In this document: one piece after another, positions 14,784 through 24,809 of the stretch
Layout: every line of letters begins with the position of its first letter
Position numbering within the stretch: the first letter of the stretch is position 1
Position numbers and translations under genes: made by a program
Notes under the pieces: generated by a model
What the model saw: only the letters and a program-made list of their open reading frames with translations
What the model was told of the DNA's origin: nothing
Database searches by the model: none
DNA from: Candidatus Lokiarchaeum ossiferum
Lineage (GTDB): Archaea; Asgardarchaeota; Lokiarchaeia; Sigyniarchaeales; Promethearchaeaceae
Length of the DNA: 32,000 bases
NCBI GenBank assembly: GCA_025839675.1
Contig: CP104013.1
Location: 1,440,001-1,472,000, forward strand
Direction: 5' to 3'

Positions 14784-16277
14784 TTATAGAAAGGGTAAGA
14801 CATTTACATAAAAATTACCCATGCTTTGGGCAGCCATATCTGAAAATGGAGGAGTCGAAGCCGAACCAATGCTAAAAACCTTCAAATTAGAGATAGGGTT
14901 ATTAGGAATTTCATTTTGAAGATATTCCAAGAATGTTGTAAATTTCCGCTTTACATTAATACATAAAAAACCATCACAATCGTAAGCATCAGGATGAGCA
15001 CTGACAAAGCGAGAATAATGAGGTTCATCACTTACAGCAGGCCCAGTTCGGATATATTCTTCAGAAATTACTGGTTGAGGTGCATGTAAAGCAATAACAT
15101 AAATCCCCTTTTTTGCATCAAATATTAATTCTCCTTCAACATTTGGAAACCTATCTTCGAGAGTTGCTTCCTGTTCAGCCTTTCGAATTAATTTCTCCAT
15201 TAAATGATACAATTTATCCCGATATTTGGTATAGTGATCTTCTTCAGTCTCATGATATTCCACGTAATATAAGCAATTTAATGTCTTTTTATCGGAATGT
15301 AGAGACAAAATTGAAGGAATTCTTTCTTTTCGGAAGAAACTTGCATCGGGATTCGCCATAAATTGTTGAATTTTTGACTTCATTAAATAATATGCCCGGG
15401 AGGAGATGGAAGATCCTACATTCCTCTTGGCATCGGTGGGATCAATAAGGATTAGAAAATCATTGGGAAAAAACCTTTTTCGTATATCTGCAAAGGATTT
15501 ATTTTGATATCTTGCAACATATTCGGGTAGCATCTCACTGGAATAAAGAATTTTAGAATTTAATTTATCAAAATTGCAAAAAACACCCCAAATAGAACTA
15601 TAAAGATGAATCAATAATTCTGCACTGTACCCAATGAACCCACTACGCCCGATCGCACTTTGGTCCCCATAACAATGATGACATTTAAAAAAGTATTTTA
15701 ATAAGCGCACATCATCCTTTTGTGATTTAGACAAATGATCACGGATGAACCGGCTGTGATGAGGGGAACGATCAACCGCAGTTATTGGACCGTTTTCATG
15801 GATATATTGACTTGACAAATCAAAACAGCAAACTAAATCGATTTCCACACCTTCTAATTCTGCTGACACATATGGGTGTTCAGCATAGCTGAGACGAACA
15901 TTTTGATAGTGATTTTCTTTCAAGGTTGGAATCAACCAGTCCGATACAAGATTTTTGAACAATTTACGGATATAATCTCGACGAACTTTCTTTGAAGAAA
16001 ACTTTGATTCAAATAAAAAAGTTGGATCTAAACCAATGAAAAGATCAATATCCGCAGCGTTGGTTAATGCAGTTTGTTTGATCCCAGTAGAACCTTGCGG
16101 TTCGATAAACATTAGAGATATTTCAGGTGGAATGCGACTAGAATTGATCACTTCAATGGTATCAGAAATTAAATTCTGCATTTTGATCAATTCTGATGAT
16201 TTAGGAACAATTTGTTTAATTGTCTGGTGGAAAATTGAAGATATTTGTGGAGGAGGAAGAGTTGGAGAAAATTTCAT
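14784..16277 (-). CDS. cca: CCA-adding enzyme (class I archaeal tRNA nucleotidyltransferase)
   Basis: QGSTGIKQTALTNAADIDLFIGL (GS...DIDxF nucleotidyltransferase motif), AEHPYVSAELEGVEIDLVCCFD and VDRSPHHSRFIRDHL match the class I archaeal CCA enzyme signatures. 497 aa. Confidence 0.9.
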   Translation of the reverse strand: MKFSPTLPPPQISSIFHQTIKQIVPKSSELIKMQNLISDTIEVINSSRIPPEISLMFIEPQGSTGIKQTALTNAADIDLFIGLDPTFLFESKFSSKKVRRDYIRKLFKNLVSDWLIPTLKENHYQNVRLSYAEHPYVSAELEGVEIDLVCCFDLSSQYIHENGPITAVDRSPHHSRFIRDHLSKSQKDDVRLLKYFFKCHHCYGDQSAIGRSGFIGYSAELLIHLYSSIWGVFCNFDKLNSKILYSSEMLPEYVARYQNKSFADIRKRFFPNDFLILIDPTDAKRNVGSSISSRAYYLMKSKIQQFMANPDASFFRKERIPSILSLHSDKKTLNCLYYVEYHETEEDHYTKYRDKLYHLMEKLIRKAEQEATLEDRFPNVEGELIFDAKKGIYVIALHAPQPVISEEYIRTGPAVSDEPHYSRFVSAHPDAYDCDGFLCINVKRKFTTFLEYLQNEIPNNPISNLKVFSIGSASTPPFSDMAAQSMGNFYVNVLPFL

Positions 16278-16289
16278 AACAATAAACCT

Positions 16290-17135
16290 TTAAGAAGAAT
16301 CTTGAATAGACTTAATCAATTCATCAACAGGAACGGGCTCAGGGATCTGAAAACCTTTCTTTAAATCTTCAATTGAACGTTCTTGAGTTATTCTAGGGAT
16401 AAATAATACAGGGGCACTTATCTTCCCTAAAGTAGGATCTTGAGATTGAGCATTTTTAACTAAGAATTCCACTGATTGAACGAAACCCCCATGCACCACG
16501 ATTCGCGAAGAATACCCAGGGTGAAAGAATTTCCCTTCAACCAGCTTACCTAAATGAGAATATTTCAGGGTTTCCTTTCGTTCTTGAAAGAAAGAAATAA
16601 GATTTGAAGATTGAGCATACATAGAATTTTGAATTAAAACCATTTCTGTATGATAACCATCAATCTTTTCCAAATTTTGAATGCGATCGAGATTATCTTG
16701 AATGTTTGGTTTTCGGAATAGGGGCAATTTTTCGAGAGACAAGCGTTCTCGCCAAGCAACATCTTGATCCAATTGAAGTTTTCCTGTAAGATCTATATCG
16801 AAGGTTCCATCTTCCATGCGATGACAATTAGGATTTACAATTTCCAGAATTTTTCCCTCTGTTTTAATGGGCGCCGAACTTATTGAATCAATTGCGCTTT
16901 GATCCTTTAATTCTTTTATTTGATAAAACCCTTTCATTGACTTTCGAATGTCTTTTGCAAGGCGCAATGCAATAAAATATAAAACCAAAGAAGATTTTAT
17001 TCCCCGATAAATAAAAACAGAGCGTGAATCATCATCGGTAATTAAAATTACCTTTGATTGAGATAAAATATCGCCCACAGTCGAACCTTCAAGAATATGA
17101 GTTTCTAAAGATCGGGTCACTTCAAACGCTTGCAT
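16290..17135 (-). CDS. Hypothetical 281-aa protein; the N-terminal about 85 aa has a gelsolin/cofilin-like pattern (tentative)
   Basis: ATG start. The stop lies 12 nt upstream of the cca start on the same strand, so an operon is likely. N-terminus: THILEGSTVGDILSQSKVILITDDDSRSVFIYRGIKSSLVLYFIALRLAKDIR (compare the gelsolin repeat pattern L-x-S-x-D-x-F-I-L-D...I-x-x-W-x-G...A-x-x-x-A-x-x-I). I do not recognise the remaining 190 aa. Confidence 0.7.
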   Translation of the reverse strand: MQAFEVTRSLETHILEGSTVGDILSQSKVILITDDDSRSVFIYRGIKSSLVLYFIALRLAKDIRKSMKGFYQIKELKDQSAIDSISSAPIKTEGKILEIVNPNCHRMEDGTFDIDLTGKLQLDQDVAWRERLSLEKLPLFRKPNIQDNLDRIQNLEKIDGYHTEMVLIQNSMYAQSSNLISFFQERKETLKYSHLGKLVEGKFFHPGYSSRIVVHGGFVQSVEFLVKNAQSQDPTLGKISAPVLFIPRITQERSIEDLKKGFQIPEPVPVDELIKSIQDSS

Positions 17136-17247
17136 TTTATTCTTTACCTACTTCTAATTTCATTTTAACCAATTTAATTTTTTGGCAATAATTCAATGAC
17201 AAATCTCAAAAATTAACTTTTTAGGCTTCGAAGACCATATTTGATCC

Positions 17248-17841
17248 ATGAAACTATGTCCATCCGTCAAAAATGGTTTGCATTTCTCATGTAAACAATG
17301 TGGAAAATGTTGTTCAAATGAACAAGATGGATATGTTTTCATTTACCAAGAAGATATTGATAACATTTGTAAAAATCTAAAAATCTCAGAAGAGGATTTG
17401 GCAGAAAAATATTTTTCGACAACTGATTATGATTATGACTTATGGGATGAAAACTTAGGTGAAACTAAAAAAACCAAAGTTTACCCCACTTTGATTTTGA
17501 ATAATGAGAAAAATCAAAATTGTGCATTTTTAATTGAAGCTGAAGGAAAGAAATTGTGTAAAATCTATAAAAGCCGACCCTTACAGTGTAAAATTTTTCC
17601 TTTTTGGAATGTTATCATCACTTCGGAAGAATTTTTTTTATCAGCAAGTCATTCTTGTCCTGGAATTAATTGCTCAGAAGATACGAAAGGATTCTTTTCA
17701 CCTGAGAAAATTAAGGAATTAGTCTATTTAGAACGAAAAATGGAATATGATTATTATACCAAGATGAAAAATTGTGATTTTGAAATGAATGAGGTTTATC
17801 CCTTTTTAAAAAAAATCAAACCACTTAGTAAGAAAAAATAG
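17248..17841 (+). CDS. YkgJ-family Cys-cluster protein (UPF0153, putative Fe-S/zinc-binding)
   Basis: The N-terminal CKQCGKCCS motif (CxxCxxCC), then GYVFIYQEDIDNICKNL and a second Cys cluster (CAFL...LCKIYKSRPLQCKIFPF), are the typical YkgJ/CxxCxxCC family layout. Confidence 0.75.
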   Translation: MKLCPSVKNGLHFSCKQCGKCCSNEQDGYVFIYQEDIDNICKNLKISEEDLAEKYFSTTDYDYDLWDENLGETKKTKVYPTLILNNEKNQNCAFLIEAEGKKLCKIYKSRPLQCKIFPFWNVIITSEEFFLSASHSCPGINCSEDTKGFFSPEKIKELVYLERKMEYDYYTKMKNCDFEMNEVYPFLKKIKPLSKKK

Positions 17842-17861
17842 GATGAAAAAAAATTCAGAAA

Positions 17862-20800
17862 TTAAGTTTGAATTGAAGTGTCTTTTTTCACTTTAGCAGA
17901 ATCGGTCATCTTTTTAGTAGTTGGGGAAGTTTGTTTAGGCGAAGGTTTTTTTTTCGACTTCGCAGTCTTCTTTGAGCCTTTTGATTTCTTTGCACTCTTT
18001 TGAGTAGTTTTCTTTGATCTGCTTTTAGCAGATTTCGTCGTACTCTTTTTTGAGGATTTTTTTGAGCTCTTTTTGACGGATTTCTTTGAGCTCTTTTTAG
18101 TGGATTTCTTTTTTGGATCCAATACAAGCATTTCTTGGTGTTCCTCACTATCGAGAACCTGACCATTTTGGTTAGCATGATGAAGAACAGGAGCTAAAAA
18201 TTGCCCTGTGTAAGATTTCTTGACTCTCACAATCTCTTCAGGAGTACCCGATGCAACAATTTCTCCCCCTTCGTCGCCTCCTTCAGGACCAACATCAATT
18301 AAATAATCTGCAGATTTAATAATATCCATATTATGTTCAATGATGATTACAGAATTACCTTGATCTACTAATCGCTGAATAACTAAAATTAATTGGTTAG
18401 TATCATGAAAATGCAATCCTGTTGTAGGTTCATCTAAGATATACAAGGTTTTTCCTGTACTTCTTTTACTTAACTCCCGAGAAAGTTTAACTCTTTGAGC
18501 TTCCCCACCTGATAATGTGGTGGATGACTGTCCAAGTTTTATATACCCTAACCCTACATCAATGAGAGTTTTCAAAATGGCTTGCATGCGCGGATGATTT
18601 TCAAAGAATTCATAAGCTTCTTCATGAGACATGTCTAAAACTTCGGCAATATTTTTACCTTTGAATTTAACTTCAAGAGTCTCTGTGTTATAACGTTGAC
18701 CTTTACAGACATCGCATCGTACAAACACAGATGGAAGGAATTGCATCTCAATTAAATTATACCCGGAACCAGTACACTTTTCACATCGTCCTCCCTTTAC
18801 ATTGAAACTAAATCGGCCCTTCTTATATCCTCGGAGTTTTGCTTCTTGAGTTTTTTCAAACAGATCTCGGATAATATCAAATAGTTTAGTATAAGTTGCT
18901 GGAATCGATCGAGGAGTTCGACCAATTGGTGTCTGATCAATATGGATAATTTTATCAATGGCATCACTACCGTCAATACTGTCAAATTCACCCGGAATCA
19001 TTCGAGATTCTCGATAAATTTCGCGATGTAATCCTTTATAGAGAATCTCCATAATTAAACTCGATTTTCCTGCGCCACTTACACCAGTTACAACAGTTAA
19101 AACTCCAAGAGGGATCTTAACATCAATATTTTTTAAGTTATTCGAGCGAGCACCTCTAATTGTTATCCATTGATTGTCATTGGAACGTCGATATTCAGGT
19201 GTAGGAATGAATAGTTCACCGCGAAGATATTTCCCTGTCAGCGATTCCTTATGCTTTTCTACAACAGATAATGTATCCGCCACAACCACTTCACCTCCAT
19301 GAATTCCAGCCCCTGGACCAATATCAACAATGAAATCCGCAGATCGGATAATTCCTTCATCATGTTCAACAACAAGAATGGAATTACCTTTATCGCGAAG
19401 TTGTTCCAACATTTTAACTAATTTATAGTTGTCTCGAGGATGTAAACCGATGGAAGGTTCATCTAAAACATATAAAACCCCCACAAGATTCGAACCAATT
19501 TGAGTCGCTAACCGAACACGTTCTGATTCCCCACCCGATAATGTTTTACTTTCTCGATCCATTTGAACGTAGTGCAAACCTACATTCAAAAGGAATGTAT
19601 ATCGAGCAAATAATTCTTTAAGTACTTCTTTGACAATATGCATTTGCCGATCTGAAACAAGAGCTTTAACTTCACTTAAGAACTGAAGGGCTTTATCAAC
19701 GGTCAATGTTGATACATCAGCAATACTCTTTTCATGCAATATGACACCTAAGGCTTCAGGACGAAGACGTTGACCATGACAGACACGACAAATTTGCTGT
19801 TCCATCCATTTTTCATAATATTCTCGACTTGAATCAGAGGAAGATTGCATATAGCGTCGTTGTAATGTATTTAATATTCCTTCAAAAGGACGGGAAACGT
19901 TGTAAGAAAATTCCCGATCACCATTACCATTAGACTGACTTGAATCAAAGTGGAAGGGGATTTTTTCTGAGCCCGACCCCCATAAAAAGATCTGCCAAAA
20001 ATCTTCGGGTAAATCCATGATAGGATCCGATAAATTCACATTATAGTGTTCCGCAACGGTTTCTAAGATTCGCCAGCTGTAAGTTTCGAGGGTTCCAAAC
20101 CCGCCAACACTTCGTAAATTGCTCTCGTATAGATTCCGGTCTTTATCTGGAAATAAACGATGCTCGGTAAATTCATTTGATTTTCCTAAACCATTACAAG
20201 CAGGACACATCCCATGAGGTGTATTAAAGGAAAAGAGTTGAGGTCGTAAATCGGGCATCGAAAGACTACAAGTAGGACAAAAGAGGCGTTCAGAATAGAT
20301 TTTCGGATCTTTTTCTGGAATCCAGATCTTGACTAACCCATCTGTTAATTTTGATGCTTGTTCCACTGCATCAGCTAATCGATTTCGGAATTGATCTGTA
20401 TCTTTTTTCACTAATCGATCGATTACAACATCAATATCATGAAATTTATTTTTGTCAAGACTGATTTCTTCATCCAGTTCATATTCGATCTCATCAACTA
20501 TCACCCTTACAAAGCCATCTTTCTTTAATTGCTTGAAAATTGCACTATATTCACCCTTTCTTCGTTGGATTATGGGGGAAAGAACGCGAAACTTGGTATT
20601 AACAGGAAGTTCTTTTAATATTGATTCAGTAATTTCTTGTGTGGTTAAAGGAGTGATTTCTTGACCACATGTAGGACAATGCGGGATTCCTATATTAGCG
20701 TACAACAATCTTAGATAATCATATATTTCCGTAACCGTACCCACGGTACTGCGGGGATTTTTACTCACACTCTTTTGCTCAATGGCAATGGAGGGAGATA

Positions 20801-21041
20801 AGCCTTCAATATAATCTAAATCGGGTTTATCCATAGAGCCCAAAAATTGACGGGCATAGGTATTCAAGGATTCTAAATATCTGCGTTGTCCTTCAGCATA
20901 TATGGTATCAATGGCAAGGGAAGATTTTCCCGACCCACTTAAACCCGTAAAAACTACCAGTTTATCGCGAGGAATTTCAATATTTATATTTTTCAAATTA
21001 TTTTGACGAGCGCCCTTAACAATAATACTAGATTTAGTCAT
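17862..21041 (-). CDS. uvrA: Excinuclease ABC subunit A (UvrA) with a 104-aa non-canonical C-terminal extension
   Basis: [37 protein letters not shown]. Two ABC modules ([18 protein letters not shown]; signatures LSGGESERV and LSGGEAQRV). UvrA zinc modules ([19 protein letters not shown]...CDVCKG). The canonical end ...[11 protein letters not shown] is followed by a Lys/Ser-rich tail. Confidence 0.95.
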   Translation of the reverse strand: MTKSSIIVKGARQNNLKNINIEIPRDKLVVFTGLSGSGKSSLAIDTIYAEGQRRYLESLNTYARQFLGSMDKPDLDYIEGLSPSIAIEQKSVSKNPRSTVGTVTEIYDYLRLLYANIGIPHCPTCGQEITPLTTQEITESILKELPVNTKFRVLSPIIQRRKGEYSAIFKQLKKDGFVRVIVDEIEYELDEEISLDKNKFHDIDVVIDRLVKKDTDQFRNRLADAVEQASKLTDGLVKIWIPEKDPKIYSERLFCPTCSLSMPDLRPQLFSFNTPHGMCPACNGLGKSNEFTEHRLFPDKDRNLYESNLRSVGGFGTLETYSWRILETVAEHYNVNLSDPIMDLPEDFWQIFLWGSGSEKIPFHFDSSQSNGNGDREFSYNVSRPFEGILNTLQRRYMQSSSDSSREYYEKWMEQQICRVCHGQRLRPEALGVILHEKSIADVSTLTVDKALQFLSEVKALVSDRQMHIVKEVLKELFARYTFLLNVGLHYVQMDRESKTLSGGESERVRLATQIGSNLVGVLYVLDEPSIGLHPRDNYKLVKMLEQLRDKGNSILVVEHDEGIIRSADFIVDIGPGAGIHGGEVVVADTLSVVEKHKESLTGKYLRGELFIPTPEYRRSNDNQWITIRGARSNNLKNIDVKIPLGVLTVVTGVSGAGKSSLIMEILYKGLHREIYRESRMIPGEFDSIDGSDAIDKIIHIDQTPIGRTPRSIPATYTKLFDIIRDLFEKTQEAKLRGYKKGRFSFNVKGGRCEKCTGSGYNLIEMQFLPSVFVRCDVCKGQRYNTETLEVKFKGKNIAEVLDMSHEEAYEFFENHPRMQAILKTLIDVGLGYIKLGQSSTTLSGGEAQRVKLSRELSKRSTGKTLYILDEPTTGLHFHDTNQLILVIQRLVDQGNSVIIIEHNMDIIKSADYLIDVGPEGGDEGGEIVASGTPEEIVRVKKSYTGQFLAPVLHHANQNGQVLDSEEHQEMLVLDPKKKSTKKSSKKSVKKSSKKSSKKSTTKSAKSRSKKTTQKSAKKSKGSKKTAKSKKKPSPKQTSPTTKKMTDSAKVKKDTSIQT
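17865..18116 (-). repeat. Low-complexity Lys/Ser/Thr-rich coding tract (UvrA tail)
   Basis: The 84 aa [84 protein letters not shown] contain 33 Lys and only 2 acidic residues. The DNA shows imperfect short repeats such as tttgagctcttttt twice on the + strand. Confidence 0.85.
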
Positions 21042-21047
21042 TTGTTA

Positions 21048-23303
21048 TCATTTCACTTCTGTTTCTTTTTTCGTTTTATTGATGTTTTTTTTTTTCTTAT
21101 TACGCATACTTTGAATATCTCGTTTCCGGACATGTTCAACAGTTCCCATGAGTTGAAACCCAGACATTTCTTTCATTTGTTTATCCAGAGAAGGAGATTC
21201 TGAAGAAGATGATTCTGTAGGAGATTGGGATTCTTTTACATTTACTGTTTCTTTTAATCCCTCGAAGGTCCGTTTTTTATTTTTAACATCAGATATTAGA
21301 TCTCGAAATCCTGCTGCCTTTTCAAATTCTAAATTTCGTGCAGCCTCCAGCATCGCTTGCTCCAATCCAATGAGTAATTCTTCCTCATTGGCATTCTTTT
21401 CGATTGTATCATGCAACACTTGTTCAAAGGATTTACTCATCTCTTCTTCTTCCTCAGCTTCTGACAAGGAATCTTGAACTCGTTTAATAATTGTTTGGGG
21501 AGTGATATTATGTTCTTTATTATAGGCAATTTGCTTTGTTCGGCGACGATTAGTTTCTTTCAAGGCTTCAGTAATGGCGGGAGTCATCTTATCCGCAAAA
21601 ATTAGAGCACGACCATTTGAATTCCGAGAAGCTCGACCAATTGTTTGAATCAAAGAGCGTGTATCACGCAAGAACCCTGATTTATCACCATCGAGTATAG
21701 CCACCAATCCAACTTCGGGAATATCAAGACCTTCACGAAGAAGATTGATCCCTATTAAAACATCATATTTGCCTATCCGCAACTCTCGAATCAATTCCAT
21801 CCGTTGCACTGTATCGATATCAGAATGTAGATATTCAATTTTAATTCCCAGATCTGAATAATAGTCACATATATTCTCAGACATACGCTTTGTTAGTGTG
21901 GTTACAAGAACACGATTACCTTTAGCAACTTCTTTTCTTATTTCAGAAAGAAGATCGTCGATCTGATGTTCTACGGGAAGGATTTCCACTTCAGGATCAA
22001 TCAATCCAGTGGGTCGAATAACTTGATCAACCCAGACACCTCCACTTTGTTCTAATTCATATGGTCCGGGTGTAGCACTAGTACAAATGACATGAGAGAT
22101 TTTCTGTTCCCATTCATCGAATCGCAGAGGACGATTATCAAGTGCACTGGGTAACCGAAAACCATATTCAACAAGATTTTGTTTTCGCGCTTGATCTCCC
22201 TTAATCATTCCACGAATTTGGGGTATTCCAATATGACTTTCATCCATAATAAGCAGAAATTTTTCAGGGAAATAATCATAAAGACAGGCAGGCATTTCCC
22301 CCGCTTCACGTTGATCTAAAAATCGAGAATAATTTTCAATACCCTTACAATATCCTACTTCCTTAAGCATCTCCATATCATATCGTACGCGCTCTTCTAT
22401 CCGTTGGGCTTCCGCCCATTTTTGTTGATCTTTAAATTCAGTTAATCGAACTTCCAATTCTTGCAAGACATCTTCTACTATCTTGTCGATTAACTCTTCT
22501 ATTGTGACATATTCTCGAGTTGGAAATATCTTTAAATTAGGTACTTGGTTGAGTTTTTCATTGGATACTGCATCCATTAGGAAAATGCGATCAATCTCAT
22601 CTCCAAACATGCTAACCCGATAGTAATTATCCAAGTAACCTGGAAAAATATCTATTGTATCGCCCCTAACACGAATTTTTCCACGAGTGAAATCAACATC
22701 GTTCCGTTCAAAATGAATACCAATCAATTTTCGCATTAAAGCTTGGCGTGAAATTTCCATTCCGGGTTCTAGAACAAAAGATTTTCGTGACCATTCCGTG
22801 GGATTACCAATTCCATAGATGCATGAAACAGATGCAACTACAATTACATCTTGACGTGTCATTAATGCATGAGTACTGGCAAGACGATATTTCATGATTT
22901 CTTCATTGACTGAAGAATCTTTCTCAATATAAGTTCCGGAAGCGGGCAAATAAGCTTCAGGTTGATAATAATCAAAATAAGAAATGTAATAGTGAACGGA
23001 ATTGTTCGGGAAGAAATCTTTAAATTCTTGATATAATTGGGCAGCCAGCAATTTATTAGGGGCCATTACTAATGTTGGAATATTAATTTGCGAAATTACA
23101 TTTGCCATTGTATAAGTTTTACCTGTCCCCGTGGCACCTAATAGGGTTTGAAATCGTTTTCCTTTCATAATTCCTTCAGTAAGCTGTCGAATTGCCTCAG
23201 GTTGATCTCCTTTAGGTGAATAGTCCGACACTAAATCAAATTTAACCATATCTTTCGTCTCACAATTTTCCTTTGAAAAAGGGATGTTTTGAATAAAATT
23301 CAA
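21048..23303 (-). CDS. uvrB: Excinuclease ABC subunit B (UvrB) with an extended C-terminus
   Basis: PKGDQPEAIRQL, LLGATGTGKTYTMANVI (Walker A), MDESHIGIPQIRGM (DExH box), helicase motifs V/VI (LLREGLDIPEV, QTIGRASRN), and a UVR domain (LEQAMLEAARNLEFEKAAGFRDLI). The stop lies 6 nt before the uvrA start, so uvrB-uvrA form an operon. An alternative ATG at 23249 (MVKFDLVSDY) gives a more canonical N-terminus. Confidence 0.95.
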   Translation of the reverse strand: MNFIQNIPFSKENCETKDMVKFDLVSDYSPKGDQPEAIRQLTEGIMKGKRFQTLLGATGTGKTYTMANVISQINIPTLVMAPNKLLAAQLYQEFKDFFPNNSVHYYISYFDYYQPEAYLPASGTYIEKDSSVNEEIMKYRLASTHALMTRQDVIVVASVSCIYGIGNPTEWSRKSFVLEPGMEISRQALMRKLIGIHFERNDVDFTRGKIRVRGDTIDIFPGYLDNYYRVSMFGDEIDRIFLMDAVSNEKLNQVPNLKIFPTREYVTIEELIDKIVEDVLQELEVRLTEFKDQQKWAEAQRIEERVRYDMEMLKEVGYCKGIENYSRFLDQREAGEMPACLYDYFPEKFLLIMDESHIGIPQIRGMIKGDQARKQNLVEYGFRLPSALDNRPLRFDEWEQKISHVICTSATPGPYELEQSGGVWVDQVIRPTGLIDPEVEILPVEHQIDDLLSEIRKEVAKGNRVLVTTLTKRMSENICDYYSDLGIKIEYLHSDIDTVQRMELIRELRIGKYDVLIGINLLREGLDIPEVGLVAILDGDKSGFLRDTRSLIQTIGRASRNSNGRALIFADKMTPAITEALKETNRRRTKQIAYNKEHNITPQTIIKRVQDSLSEAEEEEEMSKSFEQVLHDTIEKNANEEELLIGLEQAMLEAARNLEFEKAAGFRDLISDVKNKKRTFEGLKETVNVKESQSPTESSSSESPSLDKQMKEMSGFQLMGTVEHVRKRDIQSMRNKKKKNINKTKKETEVK

Positions 23304-23867
23304 TAGAAATCCGAAGTTCTCTCTTCCAAAAAAATAAGGATTTCTTCCAAATTATATTGTACGCTTTTGAAAAATACGAAATTAAAATTCAGAGGTTATT
23401 GATTTTTTGAGTTATATATATTAAGTTGTTAATATAAAAAATACGAGATTCTTTGTAAATCAAATTAATTCTTCAAAACAGAATACTACTGAAATCCGAT
23501 TTATCCGAATAAAATCATACTTGATTAAAAATCAATATCCATATGTCAATATTCCAATTAGATTATAAGGAGATTAAGTATTTGAATAACTAAATTGTTC
23601 AGATACATATCCAACATAATAAATTTTGGTCTTAACAATTTGATTAATTAAAAACTTTTTGCTTTAGGGAATAAGTCATACATCATAATCTATTGAAAAT
23701 TGTGTAGATCATAGTGCTATTTTTTAAGAAAGAACCAAAACAGATTAGAAATTTTCCAATAATAAATGTTTTAAGTGATGAAATTCAAAAACTTAAAATC
23801 AAATGTAATATTGTTAGTAACTATACAATATTGGTCTTTTTTTAATGAACGAGTTGAATTTTTATCT

Positions 23868-24098
23868 ATGGCCACCAGCATCAAAACAAAATCAGAAAAA
23901 AAACTTTTAGGAATTTCCTTGGAATGTGGATCTTGCCAACACGCCAAATCAATAACTGCGATTAATGATAAAGAAATAGAAGTAGATTGTTGGTCTTGTG
24001 GACCATTAATCTTCGATATTACCTCTACCGACGTTTCATGCAAAAATAAAGAAATAAAAAATCTATGTCCAAATTTGCTTTTATTGTCCAGAAAATAA
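23868..24098 (+). CDS. Small zinc-ribbon protein (76 aa from ATG 23868; up to 107 aa if started at GTG 23775 / ATG 23778)
   Basis: MATSIKTKSEKKLLGISLECGSCQHAKSITAINDKEIEVDCWSCGPLIF has two CxxC pairs 17 residues apart. The region is open on both strands; I prefer the + frame because of the Cys pairs. Confidence 0.35.
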   Translation: MATSIKTKSEKKLLGISLECGSCQHAKSITAINDKEIEVDCWSCGPLIFDITSTDVSCKNKEIKNLCPNLLLLSRK

Positions 24099-24151
24099 TT
24101 TTTAATTAACAAAAATTTTTTCATCAATGAAAAATTAATAATATCAATATA

Positions 24152-24349
24152 ATGTCATCGAATACGCAAAAATGGAAAAATCGTTATAGATTGTTAGGAT
24201 TATTGGTTATTTTTCCAATTTACAAGACTTTTGACTTTTTTTTGGATGATGAAATGGAAGATCACCTAGTGTGGGGTTTTGCAATGTTAATCGTTTCTAT
24301 TGCATTTTTACTAAGTTTAGCTGTTTTAATTTACAAAAGAAATCAATAA
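24152..24349 (+). CDS. Small membrane protein (65 aa, two predicted TM helices)
   Basis: ATG start 54 nt after the zinc-ribbon ORF. Hydrophobic segments LLGLLVIFPIY and LVWGFAMLIVSIAFLLSLAVLIY are flanked by basic residues (KNRYR, YKRNQ). Confidence 0.35.
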   Translation: MSSNTQKWKNRYRLLGLLVIFPIYKTFDFFLDDEMEDHLVWGFAMLIVSIAFLLSLAVLIYKRNQ

Positions 24350-24801
24350 TTTTTTGGGTCTTTTATACACAGTCAAAAAAGTTTTTTTGGACTTATGAAA
24401 GCCTCTCTAAACCAGAAAAATATAGTTTACTCAGATTATTTCAGTCTTTTTAGTGTTAGGGTAAAATTTATTTGATTCTATCCAAGTAAATTTAAATACC
24501 CCATGTATTTTCTCAAAAAATGCATTTTCGAGGAGATATGATTCTCTTCAAACATCAATATATTTTATTATTTATCAAGAAATCTTTAAGGATTTTTGTC
24601 GAAATTGCCAAAAGCTTTAAATACCCGAAGATATACAAATCAAGTAACAAATCCTTTTGTGGGTAAATTTTCTTTTTATTTGAGAGATGATCTCAATTTT
24701 GCAAAAATGTAGCACTTTTCCTTTGAGATTATTGACATTCTGGAAAATATTTTTCCCACATAATGAATTTTGTCGAATTTATTTGCCGATTGTGCAGTAC
24801 A

Positions 24802-24809
24802 TTTAAATA
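24802..24809 (+). promoter_or_regulatory. TATA-box-like element TTTAAATA upstream of the histone-fold gene
   Basis: Matches the archaeal TATA consensus TTTAWATA and lies 48 nt upstream of ATG 24857. Identical octamers occur at 24491-24498 and 24616-24623. Confidence 0.4.

Noticed and set aside
17906-18178. 90-aa Lys/Arg-rich ORF in an alternative minus-strand frame over the UvrA tail
   Set aside because: It is a frame-shifted reading of the same A-rich low-complexity DNA. The UvrA frame is continuous with the canonical protein, so the alternative frame is most likely an artefact. It would matter only if read mapping revealed a homopolymer indel.
23775-23781. GTGATGA (C-box-like) and similar TGATGA words at about 24247 and about 29517 as C/D box sRNA candidates
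   Set aside because: No CTGA D box or D'/C' motifs occur at the expected 50-70 nt spacing, and two of the three lie within ORFs.
23304-23870. AT-rich 560-bp spacer upstream of uvrB as a possible replication origin
   Set aside because: I see no ORB-like inverted repeats beyond a few short recurring words (AAATCCGA twice, AAAAATACGA(A/G)ATT twice), and no orc1/cdc6 gene is adjacent. AT-richness alone is the genome background.
23771-24127. 118-aa minus-strand ORF overlapping the small zinc-ribbon ORF
   Set aside because: Both strands are open here. The + frame carries two properly spaced CxxC pairs and the minus-frame product has no features, so I kept only the + call, itself at low confidence.
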